Shown here one piece after another: positions 59,987 to 64,000 of a stretch of 64,000 nt of DNA. How positions within the stretch are numbered: position 1 is the first letter of the stretch; each line of letters opens with the position of its first letter. A program made the translations under genes and the position numbers. This DNA comes from Emiliania huxleyi CCMP1516 (taxonomy: Eukaryota), in assembly GCF_000372725.1 (NCBI RefSeq), contig NW_005202237.1:1-64000 (forward strand), given 5' to 3'. Below the pieces are notes generated by a model, which worked only from the letters and a program-made list of their open reading frames with translations, ran no database searches and was not told the origin of the DNA.

Positions 59987-60532
59987 TTGCTTACGCACAA
60001 ACCTGACCCGGAAAGGCGGAAAGAAACTTCCAGCATCCAGGTGACCGCCGCACTGCTGCTCCGCGGTGACGGGACGACGGACGTGGAGATCTGGCATGAG
60101 CTGGTGGGCAGGCCCTTGCGGCTCGTTGGCCTTCAGCGTGCGGAGCTCAACGGCTGGCTCGGCACGGTGAGCACCTACAATTCCACCACCCAGCGCGCCT
60201 TGACCCTTTGGACCCCTTGTCTCGCTGGACGGTGGCAAGTGCTTGGCGATCAAGCCCGAGATCCTCGAGGAGCTGCAAACCCTCGGAAACGCCACGATGG
60301 ACGCATCGAGCCCCCCGGAGCGCACATGACATGTACATGTCATGTTGTGAGAAGTGAGATGTGTTCGGCGGCGTCTATAGCCCTGAGTTGTTGTCCCGTG
60401 GGCCACGCCGTGGGCTGTGTCTTGTGATCCTAGTTGTGATGATCTTTGGGACGTCCCAAGCACCACACAGCACACAGACTTATCTAGGCACTGCACGGCT
60501 CCTCCGCTCGGGATTTCTGGGGAGTTGGGACG

Positions 60533-60534
60533 TG

Positions 60535-60582
<48 letters not shown>

Positions 60583-60589
60583 TGTGTGC

Positions 60590-60680
<91 letters not shown>

Positions 60681-60690
60681 CGCTCGCTCG
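60533..60690. repeat. (CGTG)n(TG)n compound microsatellite
   Basis: Read directly. Confidence 0.95.
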
Positions 60691-60720
60691 CTAGCGCGAG
60701 CCGCCCTGCCCGCTGCGCTA

Positions 60721-60901
60721 AAGGAAAGGAAAGAAAACAGACAACCCAAGGGAGGGATGGGAGGACGCTGGACGGCACGCCGCCACCACACAGGGATTTT
60801 AAGGAGAGGAGTGTGGTGCTAGCCGTCGCCCACCCTCGGGCGTCTACCACTTCCTATCTCTCTTCGCAGTTTCTCACCCATTCTCGCAGAGCGACCTTCG
60901 C
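60721..60901 (-). mobile_element. Truncated retroelement 3' end with pyrimidine tail and 13-bp TSD
   Basis: GCCCGCTGCGCTA at 60708-60720 and 60902-60914; shares AACCCAAGGGAGG with about 23578-23613. Confidence 0.7.
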
Positions 60902-60914
60902 GCCCGCTGCGCTA

Positions 60915-61131
60915 TAAATAAATAAATAAAACGGACACACCAAACAAGGGGTGGGAGAAGGACAGGGTCCCCACCCACCTGCGCGAGCAGGATCTTGTAA
61001 GGACGATCAGGGACACAGGGGAACGGGAGCGGGGAGCGCATCGCGACACGGAGGGGGGCTGGGCAGGGTTCACCCACACGACAGGGTCCCAGGGATTCCC
61101 CTCTCGTATAGGACAAAGTTGCACCCGGCGG
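60915..61131 (-). repeat. About 215-bp direct repeat, copy 1, with (TTTA)n tail
   Basis: Near-identical to 62945-63155. Confidence 0.9.
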
Positions 61132-61359
61132 CACGGGGGCAGGCGCGGGCCTCCTACTGGTTGCGCTCTCCTAGTTCTCCTGCTACTGACAAAAGGGACA
61201 GCGACAGGTTCGCAGCACGGTGGACGCCCTATTCCACTGGCGATCTCTCTCGACTACCAACCGGTGGCCGGGCGAATTCTTTTTACAACTGAAGTCTTCT
61301 GGAAACCATTTTTCCAAAACCCTGATGGCCGTCCACGCATCTGGCCGATCGAAGCACAG

Positions 61360-62015
61360 CGCCAGCCCGTGGCGTCCGGAGATGGATGCCTTCGTGCTGC
61401 TGCGCCACGTTCGAGACGGCATCTCGTTGCCAAAGGTGGCAGAGCAGTGGCCGTTTGAATCCGCCACCAAACGAGGCAACGATGCAATCAAGTGGCGATG
61501 GACAAATGTTCTCAAGAAGCTCGACGACCTCGAGGACCTCCGACTGATCTGTGGATCCTGCGACGAGCGCGACGAGGCGGAGACGCAGCTCAGAACCGAG
61601 ATCAGCCTGCAGCCGTGGGTCGAGGATGCTCTCGTGCAGCTGCACGCGCGAAAACGTGCCGGTACTCAAAGTTCACTCCATGGACTCTCCAGGAGGACCG
61701 CCTACTGCTGCACACGTACCAGAGCGGCGCGAAGATCAACGAGATCCGCGTTGGTGCGCGAAGCTACAAGTCCATCGAATGCCAGCTACGCCGACTTCAG
61801 AACGTCACGCCACTGGTACGCGACGCGCACCACAAGAGCGTCTGCGACCCGGAGGCGCCGTATCAGTACCTGCAGCACGACATCTGGACGCCGATCGACT
61901 CGACCCTCGCTCTACCGCCGTGCGCGCAGATCGACTGGATTCGCGGCGTCGCAAAGGTGTCTCCCTTACCCTGCCTGCACGCGCGCGTGATCATTCGGCT
62001 ATCTCCAACGACTAG
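61360..62015 (+). pseudogene. Frameshifted Myb/SANT-like repeat ORF
   Basis: PWRPEMDAFVL..AIKWRW and PWTLQEDRLLL..RSYKSIECQLRRL lie in different frames. Confidence 0.45.
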
Positions 62016-62538
62016 TGAAGCCATACACTCCCAAACACGAATCTCCTCTGTCATTCATCACCCAAAATTCTGTGTTCTTTTCCTTGGTGAGCCGGTGTGT
62101 GTGCCAGTCCGCGCCAGTCCGCGCCCTTGTCGTGCCAGTGTGCTAAAGAAAGAAAGAAAGACAGACAAACCAAACGAGGGATGCCAGTGTGCTGTGAGAG
62201 AGGCGCATTTAAGAATTCTTTTCGTTCGGCGCTTGCTCGCCGCATTCGTCCCCTGCTGCTGAGCCACAGCGGAATGGTGTGTGCGTCCCCCCACCACCGC
62301 GCGCAGGGCGGCGACACACCTCTCACCGTGCCGCCTGCCTCCCACCTTTCCCCTTAGGCCGAGCGGAGCGACAACGACGGGGATGGTGTTTACATGAGCA
62401 CTCAGGGCGCGAGCCTTAGCTAAGATACGCGCCTACACGTGTCGTGGGTCATTTTTGACCCACTTTCCGTGGCAACCCCGTTGGCTGAGTGTCTTGTCTC
62501 GTGGTTCTGTGTGTCGCCTGTGATTTTCTGTCTTTCTT

Positions 62539-62940
62539 TCATGGCGGTGTGTCCTTCTTGAAGGCGTAGAGGTGCTCGCAAGTCGAGAAGTAGACCACGC
62601 CGTCGCCGATGGCTGGCGCGCCTTGGATGCCGCTCTGGGTCTGAAAGGAGCTCAGGATCGTGCCAGTCTTCCCGTCGACTGCATACACGTACCCACCCCA
62701 CCAGCCAAAGTAGACGGTGCCATCAGCGCCGACTGCGGCGTTGTTGAACGTGTCTGGAACGCAGCTGGCCGCACCCATGGTCGGATTCTCGTGCGTGGGC
62801 GTCTGCCAAAGAATCGCCCCCGTGCTCGCGTTGAGGGCGGTCATATTGCCCTTGTGGCCCGGCGTCATCACATTGGACGTCGAGAATCCGAGCAGACCCA
62901 CGTAGACCCGGCCGTGGGCGATGGCGGGAGCGGCCTTGTG
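62539..62940 (-). pseudogene. C-terminal fragment of a PQQ-type beta-propeller protein
   Basis: PAIAHGRVYVG, ALNASTGAILWQ, AVGADGTVYFG, VYAVDGKTG, PAIGDGVVYF, LYAF; cut off at the repeat tail. Confidence 0.75.
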
Positions 62941-62944
62941 TCGG

Positions 62945-63155
62945 TAATAAATAAATAAAACGGGCACGCCAAACGAGGGGTGGGAGAGGGACAGGGTCCC
63001 CACCTGCACGAGCAGGATCTTGGAAGGACGATCAGGGACACAGGGGAACGGGAGCGGGGAGCGCATCGCGACACGGAGGGGGGCTGGGCAGGGTTCACCC
63101 ACACGACAGGGTCCCAGGGATTCCTCTCTCGTATAGGACAGGTTGCACCCGGCGG
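62945..63155 (-). repeat. About 215-bp direct repeat, copy 2
   Basis: Near-identical to 60915-61131. Confidence 0.9.
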
Positions 63156-63451
63156 TGAGAGAGAGTTCTGCGTTGTCGAATTTTTTTTATACCGGGGAGT
63201 GGGCCCAGAGGGTGGGCCCGCCTCGCCCGGAAATTATCGCGACTGCCGCCTGTCCTCTGCGCAAACTCATCGCGACAGCCGTAGTACACGTTTTGCCTGT
63301 CGGCTGTCACTCCATGCCGCCCCAGCGCGCCATCTGCCTCTGCCTCTTCCTCTGCCTGCACGCTGCCCATGCCGGTCCATGCCGCTTCACGCTTCGCCGC
63401 CCGCTGTGCTCGCTGTCTTGCCTCTTTGGCGCCGGCAGGTGCAAGGGCAGC

Positions 63452-63891
63452 ATGCAGAAAGTGCCCTCGTCAGAGTCTGGTGGCGCGCCGACAGCGTGGG
63501 AGATGGTTCACCTCAAGGACGACGGCGTCGAGTCGAGCTGGAGCACCGTCTCCTTTCCCTTCGTGAGCGGCGGCGACATTGGGAAGATGACCGAGCGTCT
63601 GCCCTGCGACGGGGTCTGGCTCCGCTGGACGCACGGCAGCTACAACTACAAGTGGCACAACGCTCCTCGCCGCCAGATCATCGCCTCCCTCAACGGGCAC
63701 GTCGAGGCGAGCGTCGGCTCGGGCGACACTCGCCGCTTCGGGCCCGGAGAGACGCTGCTGGTCGAGGACACGCGCGGCGAGGGGCACTGCACAAAGTCGC
63801 TCGACGGAGTCGGGCGGTGGAGCATCTTCATCGCGCTGCCGGACGACGGCCCGCTCGCCTGGCTCTTCGCCCGGCCAACCACCAGAGAGCT

Positions 63892-63922
<31 letters not shown>

Positions 63923-64000
63923 GCCGCCCTCGCCGCCTGCGCGCTCCGGCGCCCTTCCGGGGCGGGCGGACTCCCTCGTCGAATCGGCCTGATCGGCGGC
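63452..64000 (+). CDS. Cupin-domain protein with a TM helix; runs off the window end (not in the ORF track)
   Basis: Open frame read by hand: WHNAPRRQIIASLNG..RRFGPGETLLVEDTRGEGH, then LALAALAALAAAALAACAL, ending RRIGLIGG. Confidence 0.8.

Noticed and set aside
60915..61131. Hammerhead ribozyme (retrozyme) in the direct repeats
   Set aside because: No CTGATGA..GAAA core found on either strand.

Overview
This window is the left end of a GC-rich eukaryotic chromosome. It starts with 2.6 kb of (CCCTAA)n telomere and a 0.7 kb 21-bp palindromic subtelomeric satellite. About 17 spliced or intronless protein genes follow, separated by intergenic DNA dense in TIR elements, 5'-truncated non-LTR retroelement ends and a 1.8 kb foldback. 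GC content, GC/GA splice donors and 10-11-bp intronic repeats suggest a haptophyte such as Emiliania/Gephyrocapsa huxleyi (inference). The strongest unexplained pattern is a class of about 70-nt introns, each built from a duplicated copy of the neighbouring exon (supplying the GT/GC/GA donor) plus a short stereotyped filler ending in AG. Fillers are palindromic 11-mers, telomere repeats or an AT-rich 40-mer, and one 36-nt filler occurs in both orientations. Intergenic DNA shows a parallel set of 18-40-nt retroelement-tail micro-insertions with 8-16-bp target duplications. Gene models were spliced by eye, so exon boundaries and some start and stop positions are provisional.
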